A stretch of DNA of 64,000 nt from the human T2T-CHM13v2.0 reference genome, Homo sapiens, in NCBI RefSeq assembly GCF_009914755.1, contig NC_060938.1. One strand, 5' to 3'. A program made the position numbers and the translations under genes. Shown here piece after piece: positions 27,606 to 43,688 of the stretch. A model generated the notes under the pieces. That model ran no database searches, was not told where the DNA came from, and saw only the letters and a program-made list of their open reading frames with translations. The number at the start of each line of letters is the position of its first letter. The first letter of the stretch is position 1.

Positions 27606-28332
27606 CCTGTTTTATTTTTTTAGCATCACTATTGAAAACATAAGGCGATTATTATTTAAATCTGATCAGTTTTTACTGAAGTTTGATCAGTTTCCATCAC
27701 CTTTCAATTGACAGTTATATTTGAATGGATGTCATTAAGAATTAGGTTTAAAAAAACACAAAATGAGGAGAAAGCCTACTGAACGTACAGTTTATCCTAA
27801 AGAAAGCCAGGAATAGAACAGAGGGGAGAGCAGCCTAGAGAAACAGTGATTCAAAAAATGTTTCCCAGTTGTAAACGCAGTACAGACAGTTTAACAGAAA
27901 ATAAAGAAGAAAGTAAATATCACTTACTTCTGATCATTCTGAAATACTACTACTAGAATCTTGGTGTGCTTCATCTCAGATGTTTTTTCTTTGCATACAT
28001 GTGATCCTAATAAGATTATAATCATATTCTAGTATTATATCATGATTTTCACTAAACTTTAAAGTGTTTTCCCTCTATTATGCAGTAGTTTGAAAACACT
28101 CTTAATGGCTGAATTTTTTTCCTTCAGAGGATATATCATATGCTGTCAAAAATTTTTGTTAAATATTTCCCCCTCATCCAGTAGCAGTACCTACATGTGA
28201 AATGGTAGGGCAGCACTTTTTAATCCTTGGCAATCTCTTTTTACCCATGGATTTTTCATAAAAATTGGCCAAAGAGTCAAGCTGGTGCTGACCAATTCAT
28301 TTCTTCAGAGTGTACCTTTAACTGTTTTTCAG

Positions 28333-30209
28333 ATCTCATAGGATTGTTGGAATATAAAGAAGGCCACTGTGAAGACCAGGCCTCAGGGGCAGTTTGCCGT
28401 TCCCTCTCCACACCACAATTTAATTCCCTTGATGTCATTGCAGATGTGAATCCCAAGTACCAGTGTGATCTGGTGTCTAAAAACGGGAATGATGTATATC
28501 GCTATCCCAGTCCACTTCATGCTGTGGCTGTGCAGAGCCCAATGTTTCTCCTTTGTCTGACGGGCAACCCTCTGAGGGAAGAGGACAGGCTTGGAAACCA
28601 TGCCAGTGACATTTGCGGTGGATCTGAGCTAGATGCCGTCAAAACAGACAGTTCCTTACCGTCCCCAAGCAGTCTGTGGTCTGCTTCCCATCCTTCATCC
28701 AGCAAGAAAATGGATGGCTACATTCTGAGCCTGGTCCAGAAAAAAACACACCCTGTAAGGACCAACAAACCAAGAACCAGCGTGAACGCTGACCCCACGA
28801 AAGGGCTTCTGAGGAACGGGAGCGTTTGTGTCAGAGCCCCGGGCGGTGTCTCACAGGGCAACAGTGTGAACCTTAAGAATTCGAAACAGGCGTGTCTGCC
28901 CTCTGGCGGGATACCTTCTCTGAACAATGGGACATTCTCCCCACCGAAGCAGTGGTCGAAAGAATCAAAGGCCGAACAAGCCGAAAGCAAGAGGGTGCCC
29001 CTGCCAGAGGGCTGCCCCTCAGGCGCTGCCTCCGACCTTCAGAGTAAGCACCTGCCAAAAACGGCCAAGCCAGCCTCGCAAGAACATGCTCGGTGTTCCG
29101 CCATTGGGACAGGGGAGTCCCCTAAGGAAAGCGCTCAGCTCTCAGGGGCCTCTCCAAAAGAGAGTCCTAGCAGAGGCCCTGCCCCGCCGCAGGAGAACAA
29201 AGTTGTACAGCCCCTGAAAAAGATGTCACAGAAAAACAGCCTGCAGGGCGTCCCCCCGGCCACTCCTCCCCTGCTGTCTACAGCTTTCCCCGTGGAAGAG
29301 AGGCCTGCCTTGGATTTCAAGAGCGAGGGCTCTTCCCAAAGCCTGGAGGAAGCGCACCTGGTCAAGGCCCAGTTTATCCCGGGGCAGCAGCCCAGTGTCA
29401 GGCTCCACCGGGGCCACAGGAACATGGGCGTCGTGAAGAACTCCAGCCTGAAGCACCGCGGCCCAGCCCTCCAGGGGCTGGAGAACGGCTTGCCCACCGT
29501 CAGGGAGAAAACGCGGGCCGGGAGCAAGAAGTGTCGCTTCCCAGATGACTTGGATACAAATAAGAAACTCAAGAAAGCCTCCTCCAAGGGGAGGAAGAGT
29601 GGGGGCGGGCCCGAGGCTGGTGTTCCCGGCAGGCCCGCGGGCGGGGGCCACAGGGCGGGGAGCAGGGCGCATGGCCACGGACGGGAGGCGGTGGTGGCCA
29701 AACCTAAGCACAAGCGAACTGACTACCGGCGGTGGAAGTCCTCGGCCGAGATTTCCTACGAAGAGGCCCTGAGGAGGGCCCGGCGCGGTCGCCGGGAGAA
29801 TGTGGGGCTGTACCCCGCGCCTGTGCCTCTGCCCTACGCCAGCCCCTACGCCTACGTGGCTAGCGACTCCGAGTACTCGGCCGAGTGCGAGTCCCTGTTC
29901 CACTCCACCGTGGTGGACACCAGTGAGGACGAGCAGAGCAATTACACCACCAACTGCTTCGGGGACAGCGAGTCGAGTGTGAGCGAGGGCGAGTTCGTGG
30001 GGGAGAGCACAACCACCAGCGACTCTGAAGAAAGCGGGGGCTTAATTTGGTCCCAGTTTGTCCAGACTCTGCCCATTCAAACGGTAACGGCCCCAGACCT
30101 TCACAACCACCCCGCAAAAACCTTTGTCAAAATTAAGGCCTCACATAACCTCAAGAAGAAGATCCTCCGCTTTCGGTCTGGCTCTTTGAAACTGATGACG
30201 ACGGTTTGA
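28333..30209 (+). CDS. DACT1: DACT1 coding exon 4 (long form; alternative acceptor at 28444 removes 37 aa)
   Basis: Acceptor tgtttttcag|AT continues the frame as DLIGLL. Lies within the 660-aa ORF. Contains [13 protein letters not shown], the acidic [16 protein letters not shown] region, RSGSL and C-terminal MTTV; stop TGA 30207-30209. Confidence 0.96.
29400..30120. promoter_or_regulatory. Intragenic CpG island in exon 4
   Basis: Dense CpG and high GC in the 3' half of exon 4, far above flanking intron and UTR. Confidence 0.65.
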
Positions 30210-31396
30210 GTGACATCATTGGTGTAGAAAGTTTGTGTGTTTTTTTTTCTTCTCCCTAGTTGCCAAAATTAAAAAGGTGGTGTTTTCATTTTTGTATAAT
30301 ACTTTAATGGAATGCTTTTTAAAAAAATATAAAACCAAGGTAAATTATTGTTTCATCTTCACGTATGGATGCTAGTGCCTTTAATGGAAGGTAAAGAATG
30401 TTTTGCTAGTTAGAAGTACATATTGAGGTTTTAATGGTGGTGATAGTGAGTTTTGTGGCACCAGCTGTTTTTTATTTTAAACTTTCTGAGCATCCGGCAA
30501 GGTACAGGTTTTGATGTTCAAGTTTTATTGGGATAAGATCTTTTGATCCCAAGGTCAGGTGGATGGAATTTTTGGATTTATATTTGTTCCTTGAGTCTTC
30601 AGGGCAGTGTCTCCATGAGGGTTTTCCTGTTGAGGGGCACCACATACAATAGTGTGAAGTAGGTATGAGGGGCAGTCATTGTATTCTATAGTTTTTTTAT
30701 GTAGTCTACATTTCTCAGATGTATCCCCATTCGGTTTTATTCTCAGAACTGTTACTAGACTCATGACTTGGAGGCCAAACCTTAAATCCAGAGATAGCAG
30801 CCTCGATAGGGACCTTAAAAGGATTCACAAAAACTTTTGCCACACTTGGTGCCTAGGCCCTGTTCCTAATAACCCCTTCTAGGGCCGTTTATCCAACATT
30901 TAGATGCCTTCTTTTCCCTCCCTAATTTGTAGCCAGTCCAACCTTTCATTCCTTGGAGGATTTAGTTTTGGGATAAAATTTTGGTCCTTGGGCACAGAGA
31001 CATTCACTATTAATGAAGTAACCCTTGGGCATGACTCCAATCCCAGAATTGCTCACTGAGCGCTATGCCACCGAAGCGTTGACCTGAACATATTAGTGCA
31101 ATCCAGTCCAGATTGGACCTTTGATCCTATGTGGAAGGGCTGTTTTTTAAGAAAAAATTTTTGGTAAACAGTATTGTGTAAAATTGCTTTTTGTATACCA
31201 ATATATGCATGTTTTGTGCATGAGTAGTACTTGTGTTGATACTCCTGTTGATGTTAAATTACTATATAATATAAACAGTATGTGTTTTTATATATCATTG
31301 TGTAAATTTAATATAACATATGCAGTAATAAACCATTTGTTTTACTGCTGTTAAGTTTGTTATTTGGGTATAAAACCAGATGTTTACACCTGTAAA
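30210..31396 (+). other. DACT1: DACT1 3' UTR
   Basis: AU-rich, repeat-free sequence after the stop codon, ending near AATAAA (31327) and TATAAA (31369). Confidence 0.8.
31327..31332 (+). terminator. Polyadenylation signal AATAAA
   Basis: Canonical hexamer with upstream TGTA elements and downstream T/GT-rich sequence. Confidence 0.75.
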
Positions 31397-32137
31397 TCTT
31401 GTGCTGGTTATTGGTGTTATTTGTGAGATTTATGTTAGACCTATTCTAGCATAAGAATATCATTTGCAATATAGATAGGTTTTAGTATTAGAATGGACGA
31501 TGAGCAAGCAAATGAAGGAAAGCAGACAACTTCTAGTTAAGGTACTTTAAAATTTAAGGTAAATTTTATAGGTGTCATCTAAGGAAAATATTTCTGAAAA
31601 GAATCCCTTCTCCCAACTTTTTATTACAAAAAATCTCAAACATGGAAAAGTTGAAAGGATAATATAATAAACAACTATATGCCACCTAGATTCAACAGTT
31701 GCCAACATTTTGCCATGCTTGCTGTAACTGTATGTATGTATTAGGTTTAACTATATTACTGATTTTTCAGGTCAAAAACATATAATAGCAATCCTCCCCT
31801 CTCCTTACCCCACACTGATAAAATATTTTAAAGTAAATTTCAGGTATCATGATATTCTATCTTTAAAAAGCATGCATTACCCAAGAACAAGGAGATTCCC
31901 CTGTATACCCACAATATCATGATCACACTTAAGGAAAATCAGTAGTAATTCATAATATCAAATATTAATATAGAAAATTTCCCAATGTGTTTCAAGAACT
32001 TCTTAATAGCAGCTTTGTGCCCTCCTACCTCCCCTACAAAGCAGGATTCAGTCAATGTCATGCATTGCATTTGATTGTAGGTTGTAGGTTTCTTTTTAGT
32101 CTAGAACAGTCTCCCCACATTAAACAAAAGATGCTAG

Positions 32138-32715
<578 letters not shown>

Positions 32716-32960
32716 AGATAATTGGGTTTTTAAAGAGTAAGGACAGTTTTCTTGTAGAAAGGCCAACATGTTGGATTTGGTTGTTTCCTTATGTTGTCTT
32801 AGAATCCAGGCCCTTTATTTCCTGTAAACTGGGTGAGACTTGATTGAATTCAGGTTAAACATTCTTGGCAAGAATATTTCACTAATGATGTTGTATACTC
32901 TTACTCTTTCACATCAAGAAACAGCAGCAGGCTGTCCCACTATTTGAGTGATACCTTGAT

Positions 32961-33021
32961 TAAGTTGGTGAACATAGATTTCTTCATGATAAGTTGGTGA
33001 ACATAGATTTCTTCATGATAA
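32961..33021 (+). repeat. Exact 29-bp tandem duplication
   Basis: TAAGTTGGTGAACATAGATTTCTTCATGA at 32961-32989 and 32990-33018. Confidence 0.95.
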
Positions 33022-33130
33022 AAGTAAGTCTTCTTATGCAAATAATATTTGGGGATGGATTCTTTGGTACTGTGGCTGTCCTATCCCTCAACAAATTCCA
33101 CTTAATGGCTTTAGCTTATGTGGCTGATTC

Positions 33131-33528
<398 letters not shown>

Positions 33529-35100
33529 TTAAAAAAGAGCCTTCCTTATTTTTTCTTTTTCTCTTTGAATATCATTACGGACACATGGAGTTTTATTTAT
33601 CTGATGTTTTATAATCATTTTACAGTCTCTGTTCTTTTTGATGTTCAGCATGTCCCAAATTTGGCCAATGGGAGGATAAATTTTATTAAAAGGAAATTAT
33701 AGAATCAGCTCAGTCTCTCTCATAATTCAGATACTTATTATGAAATATATCCAATTAAAATTAACTCTTCAAATGCTGAATTTCAGATGCTGAGTTTTAA
33801 TGCAACAAAAATCCCTTACTATTCATTTTTTACATTTTGTCTTGAAAATGTTCCTTTTTTTCTATACTTTATATATTTCTTACCTCTAGCAAGGCTTTTG
33901 GTCACATCTTTTAGCAAGACATCTTTGTTTGTTTGTTTGTTTGTTTTAAGGCATCTCAACTCAATTCTTCAAAATGTAGAGTTACTAGTCTTTTAGTATT
34001 CAGAATTTCTTTGATTACTTGACTAGATCTAAGCCAACCACAAGTGAGGGGATGATCTCACCATCTTTTCTAATGCTGTGATCTGATCTCTTTGGGGCAT
34101 AGCTATAAAGTTTATTGCGTAAGGCAATTGTGACCTGCAGTCAATTCTTGAATCATTTCCAAGTTGTTCTCAATAAGCATTATTCTCGGAAGGGGACACT
34201 TTCTAAGAACCACCTGAGTAATTACATTGTAGGTGACAGGATGCCAAATTAAGAGAAGTGTGAAAAACAGGATTTTCAAAGAATCTTGGGTTTGTCCTTC
34301 TCCTAGTCCATTGCTTGACTTTCCTGTAGCTCGCAGTTGTACTGCACTCAGAAAACTGGGTTTTGTCCGTTATTTTCAATGACAAAATAGTTGCTGTTGT
34401 TGTTACAAGCAAAAGAGCTCCTAAAAATATTTTCCTTTATTTAAAAAAATTACAAATGCTCATTGTCAAAAGAAAAAACTATATCTGAACAATATGTCAA
34501 TTTTAAGAACTCTTCCCCCTCAATCCTCCCCAAATCCTACTTTTTGGTAAATTTAGTGTATACATTTCTATACTCTGTTATATGTACATACAAATACATA
34601 ACCTCTGTAGTTTTTCTTCAAAATGAAGTTTCAAGCTATGTTTATTATTTTATAACTTGCATCCTCCATTTCTTGGACCTGTATGGCAGAATATCATTCC
34701 CAATTCTTTTTAATGGGGTTCCAAATATTTCCTCACTGAGGAAAAGATATCAGATTTTGTAGGTTACTTGAAATTGCCCTGCTTAGAAACATTCTAATAT
34801 TTAGCAACAAAGTGCTACCCAAATGTTATACATTTGTTATACACACATTATTGCCTTTCTGGTTTTCTTATATATTTGGTTATTTTGTATTGTGAGCTTG
34901 CTTTTAGTGAGGTATTATTGAAGGAATCTGGTGAGGCTTGGTTAAAGATTTTGCCATACAGAGAAATTTTGTGTTTTTTCTGCCAGGTGCCTCAGGGATA
35001 TTTCCAAGCTGGACCACTTTTTAAGTTAATTTATCTGTGGTGGGTTTCCCTGACTACAGAGGTTGTATAAATTCAAATCCTAAGTGCATATGAGGGATAG

Positions 35101-35451
<351 letters not shown>

Positions 35452-35783
35452 TAGCTTCCTTATTTTCATCCTGGACCAGCGAGTGAATTTTTTTTCTAGT
35501 CCAGTCTTTCACTAAGGGTGTAGCCCTTCAGTGATCTCAGGAATATAGGGCAGTCTCATTCCTGAATCCTACCCTGTAAGGGCCAAGTTTTTGTCCCTGA
35601 GTGACTATCAAAACCAAGTCTCCTTGCTTAAGGGACCAGCAGCCTCTCTCCCAACTCTTCAAGGGGAGCCCAAAGTATACACTTAAGAGGTGTTTGTAAT
35701 AGTTTATTAATCATTTCTAAATGTTTAGCAGTGAAAATATCAGGTTTTCTAGTCCACGGTATGGCTGGAAACAGAAACCATAG

Positions 35784-36332
<549 letters not shown>

Positions 36333-37671
36333 TGAAGTACAATAAAATGCACATATTGGAAGTGTACAATTTGATCAGTTTTCACACATGTACACACCTA
36401 TGTAACTATCACAATCAATATAGCAAGCATTTCCATCATTCTCAATAGTTTCCTTGAGAACTTTGTAATCCATCTCTTCTTTTACTCCATTCCCTAGGCA
36501 ACCACTGATGTGCTTTCTGTCATTATAGATTACTTTGTCTTTTCTAGAATTCTATATAAATTGGAATAAACAGTGTATACTTTTTTCCTGAATTGTCATT
36601 CAGCATAATATTTTAGATCTATTCGTGTTGTTTCATGTATCAGTGGTTCATTCCTTTTTAATCGCTGAGTTATGTTCTTTTCTATGGATATACAACAATT
36701 TGTTTATCCATTTACTTCTTGTTGGATGTTTGGGTTATTTCCAGTTTGGGATTGTTACCAATAAAGCTGTGATGAACATTCATGCAAGGTCTTTGTGTGG
36801 TCGGGCATCTTTGTTTCTCTTGCGTAAATACTTTGGAGTGGAATGCTTGGGTGTTATCATAGGTGTGTGTTTAACTTTTTGAGAAACTACAAAATACCTT
36901 CCAAACTGGTTCTATCATTTTATATTTCTACTAGCAGTTTGTGAGCGTTTCAGTTGCTCTATATCCCTGTCAGCACTTGGCATGCTCATTCTTTTTACTT
37001 TTAGCTAATCTAATGGATGATTAGTGGTATATAATTGTGGCTTTCACTTGCATTCCCTGATGCCTAATGATGAGCATCTTTTCACAGGCTTATTGGCCGT
37101 CTGTATATCTTCTTTGCTGAAGCATCTGTTTAATATTTTGTCCATTTTAAAAATTGGATTGTTTTGTTTCTTATTATTGAGCTATAAGAGTCCTTTATAA
37201 GTTCTCTGGAAAAAGTCCTTGCATATATGTTGCAAATATTTTCTCCCAGTCTGTGGCTTGCATTTTACTTTCTTAATGGTGCCTCATGAAGAACAAAAGT
37301 TTTTAATTTTGATCAAGTCCAATTTTCTATTTCTTTTTACATGGTTTATTATTTTGGTGTCCTATCTAGGAAACCTTTGCCTAATCCAAGTTAGCAAAGA
37401 TTTTCTGCTATGCTTTCTTTCAGAAGTTCTGTGATATTTGGTTTATATATCACCAATACCAAATTGTCTTGATTTCTGTAGCTTTATAGTAGTGAGTCTT
37501 GGAATCAGTTAGGGTAAGTCCTCTAATTTTGCCTTTCTCTTTCTCCTTCTTTTCCTCCTACTCCTCCTTTTTTTAATTCCTCTGATTACTCTAGATCCTT
37601 TGCATTATCATATACATTTTAGAATTAGGTTGTCCATTTCTACAAAAAATTAAGGCCTGCTAAAATTTTTA

Positions 37672-37935
<264 letters not shown>

Positions 37936-38003
37936 CTACCTTAACAACGAGTCTTTCATTTTAAGTATGTGATACCTTTCCATTTATTTGGTTCTTTTTC
38001 TAG

Positions 38004-38554
<551 letters not shown>

Positions 38555-38892
38555 CTTTTAATTTGAATAATTTCTATTGATCTATCTTCACCTTCATTTA
38601 ATCTTTCCTTTGTTATCTCCATTCTGCTATTGAGTGCCTCCAATGAGCTTTTTTTTTAAATTTCAGATATTATATTTTCTAGTTCTAAAGTTTCCAAATG
38701 GTTCCTTTTTTTTTATAGTTTCTATTTCTGTACCAAGAATTTTTGTCTTTTTATTCATTTCAAATGTATTTTCCTTTATCTCATGGAACGTAGTTATAAT
38801 AGCTCCTTTAAAGTCTTTGATAGTTTCAACATTGAGGTTATTTTGGGGTTGGCATGTGTTGATTGTTTCTACCTTAAGAATTGGTCACATTT

Positions 38893-39308
<416 letters not shown>

Positions 39309-41307
39309 TTAGAAGAATGTTGATGTTTTTGCTTTAGCAGTCAATCAGTGCGGTTAGGCTGTGACTAAGTTCTGATGATCTTCTGTGGGCACTGGTTTAA
39401 ATTTTATAATAAATTATATGTCTGTGCTGTGCTGCTTTGGGTCTGTCCTGCACATGCATAGTTCAGGGGTTAGTCTGAGACTTATGCGGGTGGTTTATAT
39501 CTCAGTTAAATTTTGAAGGTCTTTGCTATACTGGTTTGTGTCTGTTCTGTGCATTCTTGACTCAGATGATAGACTGAGCCTAGGGTTCATACACAGAATT
39601 AGGGGACCACTTTCTCTAGTTCTTTCCCCTTTGGAATTTCTCTCACTCACCTGCCCCATCTGGTTAACGTTTCCCAGTTCTTCTGGCCAGAAAGACATGT
39701 TTCTATTGGAATTTTAGCTATGAATAGGCCACTGGGGCCTGCCCTCAGGATAAAGCTGCATCAGAAAAAAAAAAAATGGGAAAAACTCACCAATCCCCCC
39801 GAATACACCTGCTTTTGTTTACTTTTACAGTCCTCAGGTAGTTTTTTCCTCCCATGTTTTTGTCCACGTCTTTAGTTGTAATCAGCAGGAGGGATAGGAT
39901 ATTTTGGGCTCACACTGCCCTGGCAGAACCAGAACTCTACTGACCCATTTATTTTTCATATGGATACAATTCAAAGACCCAGCAGAGTCCTGCAGGAGAG
40001 CCAGCCATGTGCTTCACCCAGATTCCATACCCTACTCTGAAAAGCATATATAGGCTTTCTGTATTCTGGTTTTAAAATATGATGTAATAGCAAGCAAGTC
40101 ATTAAAAGCAAGGAAATCCTTTATCAATGACAAAGATTGGAACATTAAGTTTTATTTTACTTTTTTCTAGGTGCAAACCTTTAATTTGGAGGGTAGAGGA
40201 GAACTACGTAATCATTTATTCCTATACAATTCTTTCTTTGTGGCTAAGGAAATAACATTCTCTATACATATGCATATTGCCTGAAAGGTGGTGTAAAAGT
40301 GCCTTTTGTTTCCTTGTGAGTCATTTTGTTGGGTTTCAGAACTGTCACTTTTAGTTATTTACCTTACCATAATATCTCTGACTATAATATAAATACAATA
40401 TATAATTATGCTTTTGAAAAGGGTTTTTTACTTCTTGGCCCACAGTGGTTATTTTGGAGCTATTACAACCTATCTGTTAAACATAAGGACTAACAGCGTG
40501 GAACCCAAATTTGATTCAGAGAATTATTTTGATTTGAAGACTGTTGCCCAGGTAAACAACAGCTGCTTTGGAATCATTACAGCTGAAGTGGTCAATGAAT
40601 AATTTACTTTTATATTTAACTATTACAGGTGAATATTTCAGGGTTACCAAAGTAGGAAGTATTTCTTATCACTAGTTTATCTTGCTGTTATATTTTAAAG
40701 GGAATACTATAAATAGATACTAGGATATAAAGTTTCAGAGTTTCTTTGGGAGACATTGATTAACGGTGGGCAAAATCAAAATGATCAGAGTACGAATTTG
40801 GTTTTGTATACAGCCCTAAAATATATTTATTTATCAAAATCTTATGCAAAATGTATTATGCCTTTGAACTTGGGCAGGGAGTCTTGCAAGAGCAACTTTT
40901 TCCCATGATATTTTCTTTTAAAATTTATATTCCTTACTTAAGAAGAAGTTGTTCCCACATTTTTGGCATTATAGTAGGTTCTGGCATTTTAATTTGAACA
41001 TGGTACCTAGACAGAACCAGGAAATGCAAAGATCTAAATTTTTAAGACTAAGGGGAACTTTTATTTTTCAACTGAAAATAACCTTTTGTTATTACAAACA
41101 CAGTATATGTGTATTGCAGAAAGTAAAAATAACATAAATAAGCCATATATATATATAATGTAAGCAAGAATATAAACTCCTTTTTATTTTCCAGGGATGA
41201 TTCCTGCCACCTCTTTACTGTCTGTTCTCCCATATCTCTTTCCAATTATGCATATATGTATTTTTTCTGAGAATAAGGTCACACTTCACTAGCTATTTTG
41301 CCACTTG

Positions 41308-41610
41308 CTTTTTTTTTTCTTTTTTTTTTTGAGACAGAGTCTTGCTCTGTCCCCCAGGCTGGAGTACAGTGGTGCGATCTTGGCTTACTGCAACCTCCAC
41401 CTCCCGGGGTTCAAGCGATTCTCCTGCCTCTGCCTCCCGAGTAGCTGGGACTACAGGTGTACGCCAACACATCCAGCTAATTTTTGTATTTTTAGTGGAG
41501 ATGGGGTTTCACCATGTTGGCCAGGCTGGTCTTGAATGCCTGACCCCAAATGATCCACCCACCTCGGCCTCCCAAAGTGCTGGGATTACAGGTGTGAGCC
41601 ACCGTGCCCG
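41308..41610 (-). mobile_element. AluS-like
   Basis: Full antisense Alu; TSD TTTTGCCACTTGCTTTT at 41297 and 41613. Confidence 0.92.
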
Positions 41611-42599
41611 AATTTTGCCACTTGCTTTTTAAAGTTAAGAATATCTGCTATTTAAATGCATTTTGTCTTATCTAATATCCAGTCTATGATCACATTTTTC
41701 CCAATTGTTTAGAGGAGCTTTTAGAAACAAATTTAATATTCTAAATTAAAAAAATTCATCCAAAAATTAAATATCAAGCTTTGATAACTAAGGATGTTAT
41801 TTTAAATATTCACTTGATTTGATTTGGGGATTTATTTCATGGGAGGTCTTTGGAAGGCCTAAAAGTTGGTATTGATAATCCCATGGTCAATCTGTCACAT
41901 AGATTGATTCTGATCATGGCTGTAGAGTTACCAAAATTACAAATGAACTGCCTGGGTTCTGGTGAATCCAGGGACTGAAAGGAGACATTCTGTCAGTAAG
42001 TTTCTAATAGAAATGAAAAAATATATGAGAGGAAGGTAATAATATTTGTATTTGTAGCATTTTACTTTCTTTCGAATACCTCATACCTCATGCAACATGT
42101 GAATAAGGTTCACCTTGGGAGCAAGTTAGGACCTTTGGAAAGGGCCTAGGTACTTGCTGGCCATTAGAGTGGATCCCATAAATGAGTTTTGAGTTTTGTC
42201 CTCCAAATAATATCCCATGTTAGCCAAGAGTTACAATTCTTCCAAAAGAGCCACAACTAGTTAAAGAGAAAGATTCTTTTTCCAGTAACTCATCAATTGA
42301 CATTTAGAGGAAAGGATTTAGGAGGCTAAAAATATGGCTCATTGCCTAAGACACACAAATTTCACTCTTAAGAAACAAATTTCTGGAAAAGCGGTACTAT
42401 TAGATTCAGATAAATGTACCTAATTTTCCTTTTGCCTCCCTACTTAAGTTTTTAAATATAAAAGTAATCTAAACCTATACATTACATAAAATTTAACAAA
42501 TATACAGAAAAGGCAAATCACCATTTACTTTCCTAATCAAACAATCATTAGCATTTTGCTATGGTTCCTCTAAGTATTTTTTTCTATGCATATGCCATA

Positions 42600-42780
42600 G
42601 TTACTATCTCATATATATATATGAGATTTATATATTTATACATATATGCTTACACATAAGTACATACCATATGTCCATATGTATGTACATATATGTAAGC
42701 ATATATGTACACTTACTTATACATACACATAATTCCTTATATATGTCACATGTACTACATATACATAAACATATATGCTT
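42600..42780. repeat. TA/CA-rich low-complexity tract with palindromes
   Basis: Degenerate (TA)/(TATG)/(TACA) repeats. Confidence 0.85.
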
Positions 42781-43543
42781 GCATTAGTCAAGGATTTTCT
42801 TAGATTACTATAGTCTTTCTAATCAGTATTTTGTAGTTGTTACATCCTATTTTATTGCAGTATTCAATTATTTATCCATTCCCCTCTCGATGGAAATTTT
42901 TCTTGTTTCTATTTAGGACCCAGTGTCTACTGGCCCACCCACTGACTGGGACTGAGATGCTCCGCGGAGGCTTCTTCCTTCTCTTCCCCACCCATTCTCA
43001 GGGCATATCTCCAGGATCCACATTCTGGAACATTCCCTTGGGGGGCCTGATCTCAGGGGTCAAGCTTTGTTTTGGCTCTCTTGCTTGGCCCTACCCCGAT
43101 GTACTTGACATCTTGAACTTTTTCTTCTTGTAAGTCTGCCTTGCCAGGAATTTGGACTTAAAATCTCCTTTCTTCTCCGCTTCTTTCCAATCCTGTCTGC
43201 CTCTTCCCGGCTAGTCCTGGGTTTATAGATCTGTGCTTGAGCCAGAGTGCTAGGCCTTAGCTCACCATTGGACGGAAGGAAAAGGTCACTAAATCTCTAG
43301 TTTCTGCCTATAAATAACACTGGGATGAACTTTTTTGGTTAAGATTTCCCCCCCATATTAAGGATTATTTTCTTAGAATAGAATCCCAGAAATGGAACTA
43401 CTGAATGTGATTATTTTTAAGACTGTTAATATTTATTGTTGAATGAATGTAGCTAATATTTATTAACCTTTTCTGAGACATTATCTCATTTAATTCTCAC
43501 AACAGTCCTATACACGTTCCTATTATGGATAAGGAAATAGAGG

Positions 43544-43653
43544 GCTGGACATGGTAGCTAACGTGTGTAATCCCAGCACTTTGGGAGGCAAAGGTGGGAG
43601 GATTGCTTGAGTCCAGGAGTTCAAGACACCATTCTGGGCAACATAGAGAGACA

Positions 43654-43688
<35 letters not shown>

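Noticed and set aside
28227-28308. N-terminal extension of the 660-aa ORF
   Set aside because: Starts at an intronic TTG upstream of the splice acceptors; not a real start.
29135-30117. Antisense ORFs of 192, 225 and 85 aa in exon 4
   Set aside because: Shadows of GC-rich DACT1 coding sequence; no independent support.
32961-33021. 29-bp direct repeat as a CRISPR-like array
   Set aside because: Only two adjacent copies with no spacer, and the DNA is eukaryotic.
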